From Candidatus Sumerlaeales bacterium (GTDB lineage: Bacteria; Sumerlaeota; Sumerlaeia; Sumerlaeales; Sumerlaeaceae), in NCBI GenBank assembly GCA_038243585.1, contig JBBSQY010000047.1, forward strand, positions 1-25,321: DNA of 25,321 nt, in the 5' to 3' direction. Positions 8,577 to 16,685 of the stretch are shown here, in pieces; within the stretch, counting starts at the first letter, position 1; each line of letters opens with the position of its first letter. Below the pieces are notes generated by a model. The model had not been told where the DNA came from. It searched no databases and saw only the letters and a list, made by a program, of their open reading frames with translations. A program made the position numbers and the translations under genes.

Positions 8577-10496
8577 CTAAGGTTGTTCTCCGCTGAAGTC
8601 CGGAAGCAACCATTCCTGCACAAGGCCGAAGGTGCTTAACGGCGCGTCCAGTTCGCTTTCGTTTCCAATCACGTAGATTTTGATCCGATCCGGATGGATT
8701 AGCTCGGATGCGACGGCTTTTACATCGGCGGCGGTTACGGCCCGCACTCGCTCTGGGAACGTCTGAAGATAGTCCGGCTCGTAGCCGCGATAGTCGTAGA
8801 GCATATGGGCGGCGATGGTTTCGGCGGCCGTATCGAACTGATTTACAAACGTAAACACGATATCGCGACGGGCTGTTTCCAGCTCGTCTTCACTTATAGG
8901 GCCGTCGATGATGCTTTGCGTTACGTTTAAGATTTCTTTGATTGCCGCCACCGTAGTGCCGGGCTTGGACGCTGCAGCCGCCGCAAAAAGGCCCATTGGC
9001 TCGTCAGACATAATTCCGCCGCCCACGCCATAAACGTAACCGTTTTTGGTGCGGACGGTGTTCATAAGACGCGACGAAAAGCCGCCGGTGCCGTAGATAG
9101 AATTCAGCACGTTTGCCGCATAAGCTCGCGGAGATCTCCGCTCCAGGCCGAAGTGACCCAGTCGAATCTGCGATTGCGCCGTCGCCTTTTGGGTCAGGTA
9201 AACTCCACCCGTGGTATCGCTATTTTGATCGACGGGAAGCATGGTAAGAGGTTCAGCCGGCGGGCGATCCCATCCGCCAAATGCCTGCTCCACCAGTTTA
9301 CGGGCGTCAGCCTGGCTGATGTCGCCGCTGACCCCTACCCAAAGAGTTGAAGGGCGGTAGCGCGCATCATGAAAGGAGCGGACGTCGTCCCGGGTAATGG
9401 CGCCGATGGTGGCGCTGGTCGGTGTGCGGGCCAGCGGATGGTCCGGTCCGTAAATGATTTTGCGGAACTCCCGGCGTGAGATATCAGCCGGTTGATCATT
9501 CTGACGCCGAAGCTCTTCCAGAGCCCGCGCGCGCTGCTGTTCCAATTTCTTCTGGTCAAAATCCGGCTTCATCAGCACGTCGGCCAGAAGCCCCATGGCT
9601 TCTCCCGCCTTTTCAGACAATGCAAACAGGGAACCCGCTACGTGGTCTGAATCAACGGACAGTTCCAGGTCGCTCCCGATTTGCTCTAGCTGCGTATCAA
9701 TTTCGTCGCCGGATTTACCTGCTGCGCCGCCGGAGCGCATGGTCCGCGCGGTTATCTCGGCAAGGCCCACCTTGTCCGACGGATCAGCGTTTTTCCCTGC
9801 CTCGACTAACAGCGTAACGCGTACCCTGGGAAGGTCGTGGTTTTCGTGGTGGTAAAAGCGAATGCCATTAGTCAACGTTGTTTCAAATACGTCAGGTACA
9901 GTTACGGCAAGGGTCGCAGACGAGAGCAGCTCTGGCCGAAGGGGTATCTCCTGCCCGCCCCGCATGATCACAGGCTCGGTACCGTAATCCGCAGGAGGAA
10001 GAAAGTCCACGCCCCCAGATGTTGGAGTATCATTTACAGGTAGCGGCGCGCTGACCGGAAGCTCAATTTCCTCCGGGCTAACTGGATCGTCCGCAGGCTC
10101 GGGGATGACTGGTGGAACTTCACTTGCCGGCGCAGAAACTTCGCTTGGGGGATTGGGTTTCGGAGTGACGGCGGGCTGAGGTGGAGAAGTGGCTTTGTCT
10201 GCCGCTGCCTCGGGCCGCGGACGACCAGCGTTGAACGATGCAGGCGTTAGATCGATGTTTCCGTCTGCAGGCTCAACACTATCCGACGTAACAGGATCAT
10301 TGGATGATGTGAGGGTCACTGCGGACTCAGCGCGACGTTTTATTTGAATGTCTATAGGCGCGGCAGTGCTGCGCCGGGAGACCGACGATGTGGATTCTTC
10401 CACGCGAATCGTAGACTGCGCCAAGGCACTTTCGGCGGTACAGGCTATCACGGCCAATGCCGAAGCTGTAATTAATTTCAGGCTCATATTGTTCAT
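8577..10496 (-). CDS. M16B (pitrilysin-like) peptidase, non-catalytic subunit with a Pro-rich N-terminal extension
   Basis: 639 aa. Signal peptide ending ESALA. TTLTNGIRF, DPSDKVGLAEITARTMRSG (no HxxEH), GTGGFSSRLMNTVRTKNGYVYGV (R/Y pair) and VTAADVKAVA. ATGA overlap with the upstream gene. Confidence 0.9.
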   Translation of the reverse strand: MNNMSLKLITASALAVIACTAESALAQSTIRVEESTSSVSRRSTAAPIDIQIKRRAESAVTLTSSNDPVTSDSVEPADGNIDLTPASFNAGRPRPEAAADKATSPPQPAVTPKPNPPSEVSAPASEVPPVIPEPADDPVSPEEIELPVSAPLPVNDTPTSGGVDFLPPADYGTEPVIMRGGQEIPLRPELLSSATLAVTVPDVFETTLTNGIRFYHHENHDLPRVRVTLLVEAGKNADPSDKVGLAEITARTMRSGGAAGKSGDEIDTQLEQIGSDLELSVDSDHVAGSLFALSEKAGEAMGLLADVLMKPDFDQKKLEQQRARALEELRRQNDQPADISRREFRKIIYGPDHPLARTPTSATIGAITRDDVRSFHDARYRPSTLWVGVSGDISQADARKLVEQAFGGWDRPPAEPLTMLPVDQNSDTTGGVYLTQKATAQSQIRLGHFGLERRSPRAYAANVLNSIYGTGGFSSRLMNTVRTKNGYVYGVGGGIMSDEPMGLFAAAAASKPGTTVAAIKEILNVTQSIIDGPISEDELETARRDIVFTFVNQFDTAAETIAAHMLYDYRGYEPDYLQTFPERVRAVTAADVKAVASELIHPDRIKIYVIGNESELDAPLSTFGLVQEWLLPDFSGEQP

Positions 10497-12142
10497 TCTA
10501 CGCCATCCTCTGTCGCTTCTGTTGCCGTGGTTATGTCTTCTTTAGTCACTTCTGCGGCTTCCGCTGCCGCAGAGGCGGTTGTGTTGTTGTCCTCCGCGGG
10601 AATGCTTTGCTCAGCGCGAATTTCGACTTCCTGCTTCGGAACTACCGGAGCATTTTTCCGCTTTGTCACTAATTCTGCAACGTTGCGGTTCGTGGAGACA
10701 AAGTACTTCTGGGCAACTCTCATGATATCCTGCGCGGTCACTTTTTTCATCTCATCGCGCATGGTATCAAGCACGTTGGGGTCGCGGGTGATCAGGTAGT
10801 AGTAGCCAAGTTGACGGGCAAAACCGAGATTTGTTTCCAGTTCCTTAATGAATTCCGCGTCGATCTGGTTCCGGATTTTTTCGAGTTCTGCATCGGAGAC
10901 AGGTTCGCTTTTGATGCGTTCGATTTCCTCATATAGAACCCTTTCCGCTTCGGCCGCCGTATGGGGGGCCTGTGGAACCATCTGGACCGCGAACATATTC
11001 GGATACTTGTCTCCCGGCGCCGTAAAGCTTTCCACTTCCTGGCAAATCCCATCCTGTTTGACCAGGCGCTCATACAGCCGCGAGCTGCGACCGGTGCGGG
11101 TCATCAGGAACTGGATCACTTCTATAACATAGGTGTCTTTGTCAGGAAACGTCGGCTTGTGCCAGCCGACTATCATCTGTGGCTGAGCCTCGAATTCCAC
11201 TACGGTGCGCCGTTCGCCCTCTTGTTGTGGTTCCTTTGTAACCGCGTCAGGCGGGGCAGGGGCGGCTGGAATTGTGCCGAAGTATTTCTCCATTACCTTT
11301 TGAACTTCATCGGGATTAACATCTCCGACGACGACCGCGATAAAGTTTTCCGGCACGTAAAACTTTTTGTAGAAGGCGTCCGTCGTGCGCATGGTCAGAT
11401 TGTAGATGTCGCTCATCCAGCCAATGGTGGGATTGCGATAGGCGTGGGCTTTAAAGCTGGTGGTGAGAAAGGTTTCGTATAATTTGCCCATGGGGCTGTC
11501 GTCATAGCGCATGCGGCGCTCTTCCGCCACCACGTCGCGTTCCTTGTAGAACTCTCGCCATGCCGGATATAAAAGGCGCTCGCTTTCCATCATCGCCCAA
11601 AGTTCGAGCTGGTTCGATGGCAGCGTCATAAAGTAATTTGTGAAATCCACGCTGGTAGACGCGTTGACTTCTGTGCCGCCGGCGCGGGTGATGATCTGAT
11701 CATATCCATTAGGAACCGTATACTCGGCGGCCTCTTTTTGAAGGTCGTCCAGTTTGGTTTTCAGCCCGGCGACAGTGGCTGGATCGGGGTTCTGCTTGCG
11801 GGTTTCCGCAACCAGGGCTTCTGCCGCTTTTTCAATTTCAATTAAAATGGGGCGCTCTTTCGCCCAGTCCTTAGTGCCGATCCAGGGCGTTCCCTTAAAG
11901 GCCATGTGCTCAAGGAGATGAGCAAGGCCGGTGTCGTTGACGTTCTCTTCGGCAGAGCCGGCGTCGACATAGATCATGCCGCAGAACACCGGGGCGTCTG
12001 GACGAGGGTACACAAAGACGGTCATGCCGTTGTCCATCTGAAACATCTTCAGGCTGTCTGCAATGCGCGCCTCAGCGGCGGCGCTGGTAGTGATGCAGCC
12101 GGCCGCGGCCACCGCGGCCATTATTCCCCAATGAAACTTCAT
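10493..12142 (-). CDS. M16B (pitrilysin-like) zinc peptidase, catalytic subunit, exported
   Basis: GLAHLLEHMAFKGT (HxxEH), NASTSVDFTNY, ERDVVAEERRMR, FYKKFYVPEN. Start reassigned to the ATG at 12142 (MKFHWGIMAAVAAAGCITTSAAA signal peptide) because the ORF-track extension to 12409 runs through REP-like repeats. Confidence 0.92.
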   Translation of the reverse strand: MKFHWGIMAAVAAAGCITTSAAAEARIADSLKMFQMDNGMTVFVYPRPDAPVFCGMIYVDAGSAEENVNDTGLAHLLEHMAFKGTPWIGTKDWAKERPILIEIEKAAEALVAETRKQNPDPATVAGLKTKLDDLQKEAAEYTVPNGYDQIITRAGGTEVNASTSVDFTNYFMTLPSNQLELWAMMESERLLYPAWREFYKERDVVAEERRMRYDDSPMGKLYETFLTTSFKAHAYRNPTIGWMSDIYNLTMRTTDAFYKKFYVPENFIAVVVGDVNPDEVQKVMEKYFGTIPAAPAPPDAVTKEPQQEGERRTVVEFEAQPQMIVGWHKPTFPDKDTYVIEVIQFLMTRTGRSSRLYERLVKQDGICQEVESFTAPGDKYPNMFAVQMVPQAPHTAAEAERVLYEEIERIKSEPVSDAELEKIRNQIDAEFIKELETNLGFARQLGYYYLITRDPNVLDTMRDEMKKVTAQDIMRVAQKYFVSTNRNVAELVTKRKNAPVVPKQEVEIRAEQSIPAEDNNTTASAAAEAAEVTKEDITTATEATEDGVE

Positions 12143-12253
12143 CCGTGGACTCTCTTTCAAAACCGATGTTTCAATATTAATGAAGATGTCGGAATCGCAA
12201 GGCAGGAGTGCAACAACGAAAGTGACGGCCGGCGGGGGCGTCGTCATCAATGG

Positions 12254-12278
12254 GTAGGGATGGCTCGCCGAGCCGTCC
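12254..12278 (+). repeat. REP-like palindrome copy 1 (GTAG + hairpin)
   Basis: GTAG-GGATGGCTC-GCC-GAGCCGTCC: a 5' GTAG tetranucleotide followed by a near-perfect inverted repeat. Confidence 0.8.
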
Positions 12279-12313
12279 GCTCCCGGAATCCCTCTTTGCA
12301 CCCTCATACACGG

Positions 12314-12343
12314 GTAGGGATGCCTCGCCCCGCCGAGCCGTCC
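12314..12343 (+). repeat. REP-like palindrome copy 2 (direct repeat of copy 1, 60 nt downstream, with a 5-nt insertion)
   Basis: GTAGGGATGCCTCGCCCCGCCGAGCCGTCC. Shares the GG- prefix and -GCTC suffix with copy 1. Confidence 0.75.
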
Positions 12344-12653
12344 GCTCACCAACCCCTTTAAAATCTCATTTAAGTACCCATGCGGGAATTCCCCTCTCCA
12401 TTTCGTCACCTATTGTTTCCCCTAAATGCAACTATTCCAGAAACGGAGAACAATGATAATGACCACATCCCCGGAACGCTCTCTCATGAACTTTAAACCA
12501 GTAAAAAATAAAATCTGCAAAATCGTGCAAAAACCTTCTCTCCGCCAGCACCCACGGGCATTAGCGCACAAAAACCTCAAAAAAAGCAAATCGCCCCTCA
12601 GCCCCGTCCCATATAGGAATCCGCCGATTAACCTCAAACGTCTTTTTAGTAAA

Positions 12654-12756
12654 GTAATGGATGGCTCGCTGAGCTGCCCACTGCGGCTCAGATAGGGGCC
12701 GCTCGCGAAAAAAGCTATCATTATTCTGAGTTGCGCTCGGCGAGCCGTCCCTGCCC
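12654..12756. repeat. Degenerate inverted REP pair (REPIN-like)
   Basis: GTAATGGATGGCTCGCTGAGCTGCCC (12654-12679, +) and GCTCGGCGAGCCGTCCCTGCCC (12735-12756), whose reverse complement GGGCAGGGACGGCTCGCCGAGC matches copy 1. Confidence 0.65.
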
Positions 12757-12825
12757 GGCTACTGTGTTTTCGTTTGACGGCGCGGCGGGCTTCCGCGCAC
12801 TGTTACTCAATTAAAAAGGCTGGGA

Positions 12826-14874
12826 ATGACTCTAATGTCTAAAATCAGAAATGGTTTCTCACTGGCGTGGGTTGCTGCGCTGCTCTATGTCTTGAGTGGT
12901 CTGTTGCACCCCTCGCCCGTCAACGCGCAAGAGCCGGATGCGCTGACTCAGGATTATTACAGCGTATTGACTACCTACGCGTGCCACGCTCGTTCGCTGT
13001 GGCACGACGCCCCTTCAGGGGGGTACTGGGGCGATGGACTGAATGCGAAAAACCAGAACGGTGCCGTACGCGGAACAGCCAGCACCTTTTTTACTTATGC
13101 GATGCTTGTAGACGGCCTGGACAAAGGTTTGATTGCGCGGCGCGACCGGAAAATGCTTCGGGCTGCAGGGCTTTCACGGCATCGCCTGATAAGCTTTATA
13201 CGCAAAAACGCAGAGTACCTGGTCGCGCATCACAAATCAGCAGGGGCCGGTTTGTCTCCAGAGTGGGGTTATAACTGGCAGTCATCCCTGTGGATGGGAG
13301 CGCTGGGTCCCGGAGCCTTGCTGGTGTGGGATGAGCTTGGTCCTGATTTGAAAACTGGCCTGGCGCGAGTCGCGGCGGCTGAGGCGGATTGGGTGGCGAG
13401 TCGGCCGCCGAAAAGCGGAACCGCCGGCGATACAGGGGCGGAAGAAAACGCCTGGGATACTCATGCGCCTGCGGTCGCACTTGCGCTGACGCCGGAGGCA
13501 ACCAGCGCCACGCTGTGGTGGAATACATTGCAGGTCTACGCGGCGAATGTGTATTCGCGCCCCGCAGATCTCGCAAGGGCAAAAGCCGGAGACCTTCCGC
13601 CGGGGCCAGCCCGCGATGTCACCACCGCAAACATCCTGGATGATTTTTCTCTCAATAATCACGGTTTTTTTCACCCGGACTACGTTCAGATTTCGGCTCA
13701 GCACCTGGGCGAGGCATGGGTGATCCTCGCGATGGGAGACAAACTTCACGGGACGCACATGGCCCCGGCGTTTGCGCCGTATGCGCGGTTTAACGTGGAA
13801 CAGGTCTGGACGCGCATTCTCAAGCCTCTGCTTATGCCGTGGGGCGAGTTCGCCTTTCCGGCCGGCAACGACTGGACTTTCCATTGTTCCACCAACCAAG
13901 GCTATTTCGCGTATATCGCGACAGCGTTTGGGGATGCCGACGCCGCGGAGGCTGAGAGGCGCGGTCTGCGCCATGTGATGAGCCGGCGAGAAGCTGGGCC
14001 GCCGGGACGGCTTTTGGGCGACAGCAACCTGGAGTGGTGGTGGGAGGCGCTGGTGGCGAAGCGGTGTAGCGCAGCGTTGCTGATGCATCAGCATATTCCG
14101 GCTCCGTCCCCGAACGTGGTCGAGGGAGAATCGGCGGACAATCAGACCACGACGGTGCTGCTTGACCACGCACGGGTCTGGTTTCATCGTACCCCGTCAT
14201 ACTTCGCTTCCGTCAGCTGGGGCAACCCGCAACAGGGCTTCTTTGCACCACTGGGCGAAGGGGTCGAGGCGCAGCCATATATGACGCTGCCGACAAAATT
14301 CGGTATCGTCCCACGGGGGACCACTTATACTTTAGAGTCAGTGACCACCGCGCCGGCAGGAGTGAGTGCCGCCATTTTGCGCGATGACGGTAAGGTCGCG
14401 GCGGCGGTGGTTGGCCTGCCAAACTCTGTGGTGTGGCTGAGCTTGAACGGGTTCGGGCATGTATCGATTGAGAATGATTCACTGACTCTGCCCGGCCGAG
14501 TTGTGGAGACCGCTGGGGGAATTAAAGTTTTCCAGTCGCTTACGAAGGCTAATAAAGAAATTCTGCCGGGGCCATGGCTCAGCGTCGATGATTTTTTCGC
14601 CATGGCGTCTGACGGTGACGAGTATTCATACACACCGGCTTCTCAGTGGAATATGAAAAGCGTGGCGGCGGACAAACTGCAACTGACCAGGGGTGCCAGG
14701 GCCTGGCAGATGGCGACGGGGTCTTCTGAGGATGCGGCAATTATGGGCCAAGCTCTAAAGGTAAAGGATACGGCGTCATCCGGTGTGGTCGTGAGTGTTT
14801 CAGACAGGAGCGCGGGAGAATCCGGGAACACTTATCGGCTGAAACTAGGGCCTGCCAGACTGGAAATTAAGTAG
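12826..14874 (+). CDS. Large secreted hypothetical protein (helical N-terminal part, beta-rich C-terminal part; possibly polysaccharide lyase-like)
   Basis: 682-aa ORF with a signal peptide ending PVNA-QE. Trp/His/Tyr-rich motifs WQSSLW, AEENAWD, NNHGFFHPDY and GNDW. The CDS is secure; the function is a guess. Confidence 0.75.
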   Translation: MTLMSKIRNGFSLAWVAALLYVLSGLLHPSPVNAQEPDALTQDYYSVLTTYACHARSLWHDAPSGGYWGDGLNAKNQNGAVRGTASTFFTYAMLVDGLDKGLIARRDRKMLRAAGLSRHRLISFIRKNAEYLVAHHKSAGAGLSPEWGYNWQSSLWMGALGPGALLVWDELGPDLKTGLARVAAAEADWVASRPPKSGTAGDTGAEENAWDTHAPAVALALTPEATSATLWWNTLQVYAANVYSRPADLARAKAGDLPPGPARDVTTANILDDFSLNNHGFFHPDYVQISAQHLGEAWVILAMGDKLHGTHMAPAFAPYARFNVEQVWTRILKPLLMPWGEFAFPAGNDWTFHCSTNQGYFAYIATAFGDADAAEAERRGLRHVMSRREAGPPGRLLGDSNLEWWWEALVAKRCSAALLMHQHIPAPSPNVVEGESADNQTTTVLLDHARVWFHRTPSYFASVSWGNPQQGFFAPLGEGVEAQPYMTLPTKFGIVPRGTTYTLESVTTAPAGVSAAILRDDGKVAAAVVGLPNSVVWLSLNGFGHVSIENDSLTLPGRVVETAGGIKVFQSLTKANKEILPGPWLSVDDFFAMASDGDEYSYTPASQWNMKSVAADKLQLTRGARAWQMATGSSEDAAIMGQALKVKDTASSGVVVSVSDRSAGESGNTYRLKLGPARLEIK

Positions 14875-14904
14875 GGACGGCAGGGTTTCGCCGACTGCTT
14901 GCCG
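14871..14904 (+). repeat. REP-headed hairpin overlapping the stop codon (variant REP or terminator)
   Basis: GTAGGGACGGC matches the first 11 nt of the REP consensus and supplies the TAG stop. CGGCAGG...CTTGCCG can pair. Confidence 0.4.
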
Positions 14905-14981
14905 GGTTTCATAAGTTTTAAAATGATAAACAGTAACTCATCACAGTGTCACTATAAACGCACAGAATTGCCAAAGGTTTT

Positions 14982-15767
14982 ATGACAGAGCTTCAACGTC
15001 GTTTTTTCAAACGGGTAGATCTTCCGGAAAAGTATCCGGTGACGTTTGACGACGTTCCGGAAATCCAGCGGGCAATGGCTATGGCCATTCCTTTTGAAAA
15101 TCTGGATATTATCGATGGGCGGCTGCGGCCGGTCACGCGAGAGAACCTTGAAGAGAAGATCCTCGTCCGGCGGCGTGGTGGCCTGTGTTATGAACTCAAC
15201 ACGACGATGTACTTCTTCCTCAGGGATTGCGGATTTGATGTTCACCTGGTATCGGGGACGGTCCGCAAACTGACCGGGGAGTGGACGGATGATAATGGCC
15301 ACGTCACCATCGTGATGACCCACAACTGGGAATCTTATATCATTGAATCGGGCTTCGGATCGTTCCTGCCCATGACACCGGTGCCGTTTTCCGGAGAGAT
15401 CATTAAGTCTGCCTCCGGGGAATTCCGGGTGCTTGAACAGACCACGGAAAAAGGCACGCACATTCTGGAAATGCGAAATACGCAACGTATTCTTGAAGGT
15501 GCTTCATCCCAGGATTGGCTTATTGGCTATGCGTTTAGTCTGCCTGAAATTGATGAAACCAGGCTGAACGATGCCCAAACTGCGGCCGCTGAGAATGAGA
15601 GTTCTCCTTTCAACAAAAGCCCTGTCATCGTTAAGCGAACAGACAACGGACACATATCACTTACGCCGGATACACTGACCCGGACGGTCAACGGGGAAAG
15701 AACGAAAGAACCTATATCACAAACGCAGTATGCGGCGCTCCTGAAAGGTCAATTTGGTCTGGTATGA
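14982..15767 (+). CDS. nat: Arylamine N-acetyltransferase (NAT) with a Cys69-His107-Glu122 triad
   Basis: 261 aa. IPFENLD, KILVRRRGGLCYELN, GHVT, YIIESGFG and SPFNK are NAT family motifs. Confidence 0.93.
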   Translation: MTELQRRFFKRVDLPEKYPVTFDDVPEIQRAMAMAIPFENLDIIDGRLRPVTRENLEEKILVRRRGGLCYELNTTMYFFLRDCGFDVHLVSGTVRKLTGEWTDDNGHVTIVMTHNWESYIIESGFGSFLPMTPVPFSGEIIKSASGEFRVLEQTTEKGTHILEMRNTQRILEGASSQDWLIGYAFSLPEIDETRLNDAQTAAAENESSPFNKSPVIVKRTDNGHISLTPDTLTRTVNGERTKEPISQTQYAALLKGQFGLV

Positions 15768-15821
15768 AGCTAGCAGAACTGGAGGCCCGTAAACAAGCGC
15801 GTTCAGGAGAGCGACTGGCGC

Positions 15822-16685
15822 TTATTTAAACACCTGACGGAAGATGACCCGGTAGGCGATTATGGAGGTCACGACGGTCCACACGATGAGGCCGGCGAGG
15901 TCCATGGGCCAGGTGGGATCGTAGACGACCGGCAGGCGGATCAGATCGACCAACTGAGCCAGGGGAAGCCACGAGGCTATGAACGCCAGAATCGGCGGCA
16001 GGTTATCCCGCGGGAAAAACGTACCGCTGAATGTGAACATGGGGATCATGAAGAGGAAAACCGGCACGTTAATCTGGTCGATGTTTTTCACGAAGCCGGC
16101 GGTCATCATTCCTATGCTGGCAAACATGAAGCTGCCGAGAACAATGAAGGGGAGGGTGAACAACAAACCCATAAAACTTATCTGGCCCAACATGAGTACC
16201 ACCAGCCCGGTGACGACACCGGCAATCATACCTTTTGTCGCGGCCCAAAAAAGATCGCCGAGGAATATCTCGCGAAAGCCCAGGGGCCCGGTGAGCAGAC
16301 CATGCCAGGTGCGCTGAAATCGGAGCCGTATAAAGCTGCCGTAGGCGCTTTCAAAAAATCCCTGGAAGCAGACGCCCACGGCTATCATCGCAGGGCCAAT
16401 GAACTTGAGATAGCTCATCTTTTGTCCGCCGACAACGAACTCGCCAACCATGGGCGAGAGACCGTAGCCAAATGCCAGCAGGTAAAAGATCGGCTCGGTG
16501 ACGGGCGGCAAAAAATTGATGAGCCATGTGCGGCTGTAAACGATGGCGTGGCGTCGCCATACAGAGAAAACCGCGTAGGGCCATGACGGGAGGCGCGAGA
16601 CAATGGGCTCCGGAAATTTATGATCTGCGGTGGGGGCAGATTCTGATCGGGCTGCCGCTGTCATTTGATCTGCGTTGGTACTCAT
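15822..16685 (-). CDS. ABC-2 type exporter permease, NodJ-like
   Basis: EPIFYLLAFGYGL, SYLKFIGPAM, ESAYGSFIRL..QRTWHGLLTGPL, PMFTFSGTFFP. Start placed at the ATG at 16685 (TAATG overlap with the ATPase stop). Confidence 0.88.
   Translation of the reverse strand: MSTNADQMTAAARSESAPTADHKFPEPIVSRLPSWPYAVFSVWRRHAIVYSRTWLINFLPPVTEPIFYLLAFGYGLSPMVGEFVVGGQKMSYLKFIGPAMIAVGVCFQGFFESAYGSFIRLRFQRTWHGLLTGPLGFREIFLGDLFWAATKGMIAGVVTGLVVLMLGQISFMGLLFTLPFIVLGSFMFASIGMMTAGFVKNIDQINVPVFLFMIPMFTFSGTFFPRDNLPPILAFIASWLPLAQLVDLIRLPVVYDPTWPMDLAGLIVWTVVTSIIAYRVIFRQVFK

Noticed and set aside
12251..12347. Two direct repeats about 60 nt apart resembling a mini-CRISPR
   Set aside because: Only two unequal copies, inverted and dispersed copies elsewhere, GTAG-hairpin structure, and no cas genes. 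This fits REP elements better.
12143..12409. 89-aa N-terminal extension of the M16 peptidase in the ORF track
   Set aside because: It translates through REP-like repeats (HPYP twice). The signal peptide begins at the ATG at 12142.
12422..12721. Short ORFs in the REP-bounded intergenic region (89 aa +, 99 aa -)
   Set aside because: Composition is driven by A-runs, both overlap a REP copy, and neither has a recognisable domain.
13282..14187. 301-aa minus-strand ORF (likewise 17796-18614 +, 18921-19538 + and other long overlapping ORFs)
   Set aside because: Antisense or off-frame to well-supported genes, with Arg/Pro/His-rich composition typical of GC-rich shadow frames and no motifs.
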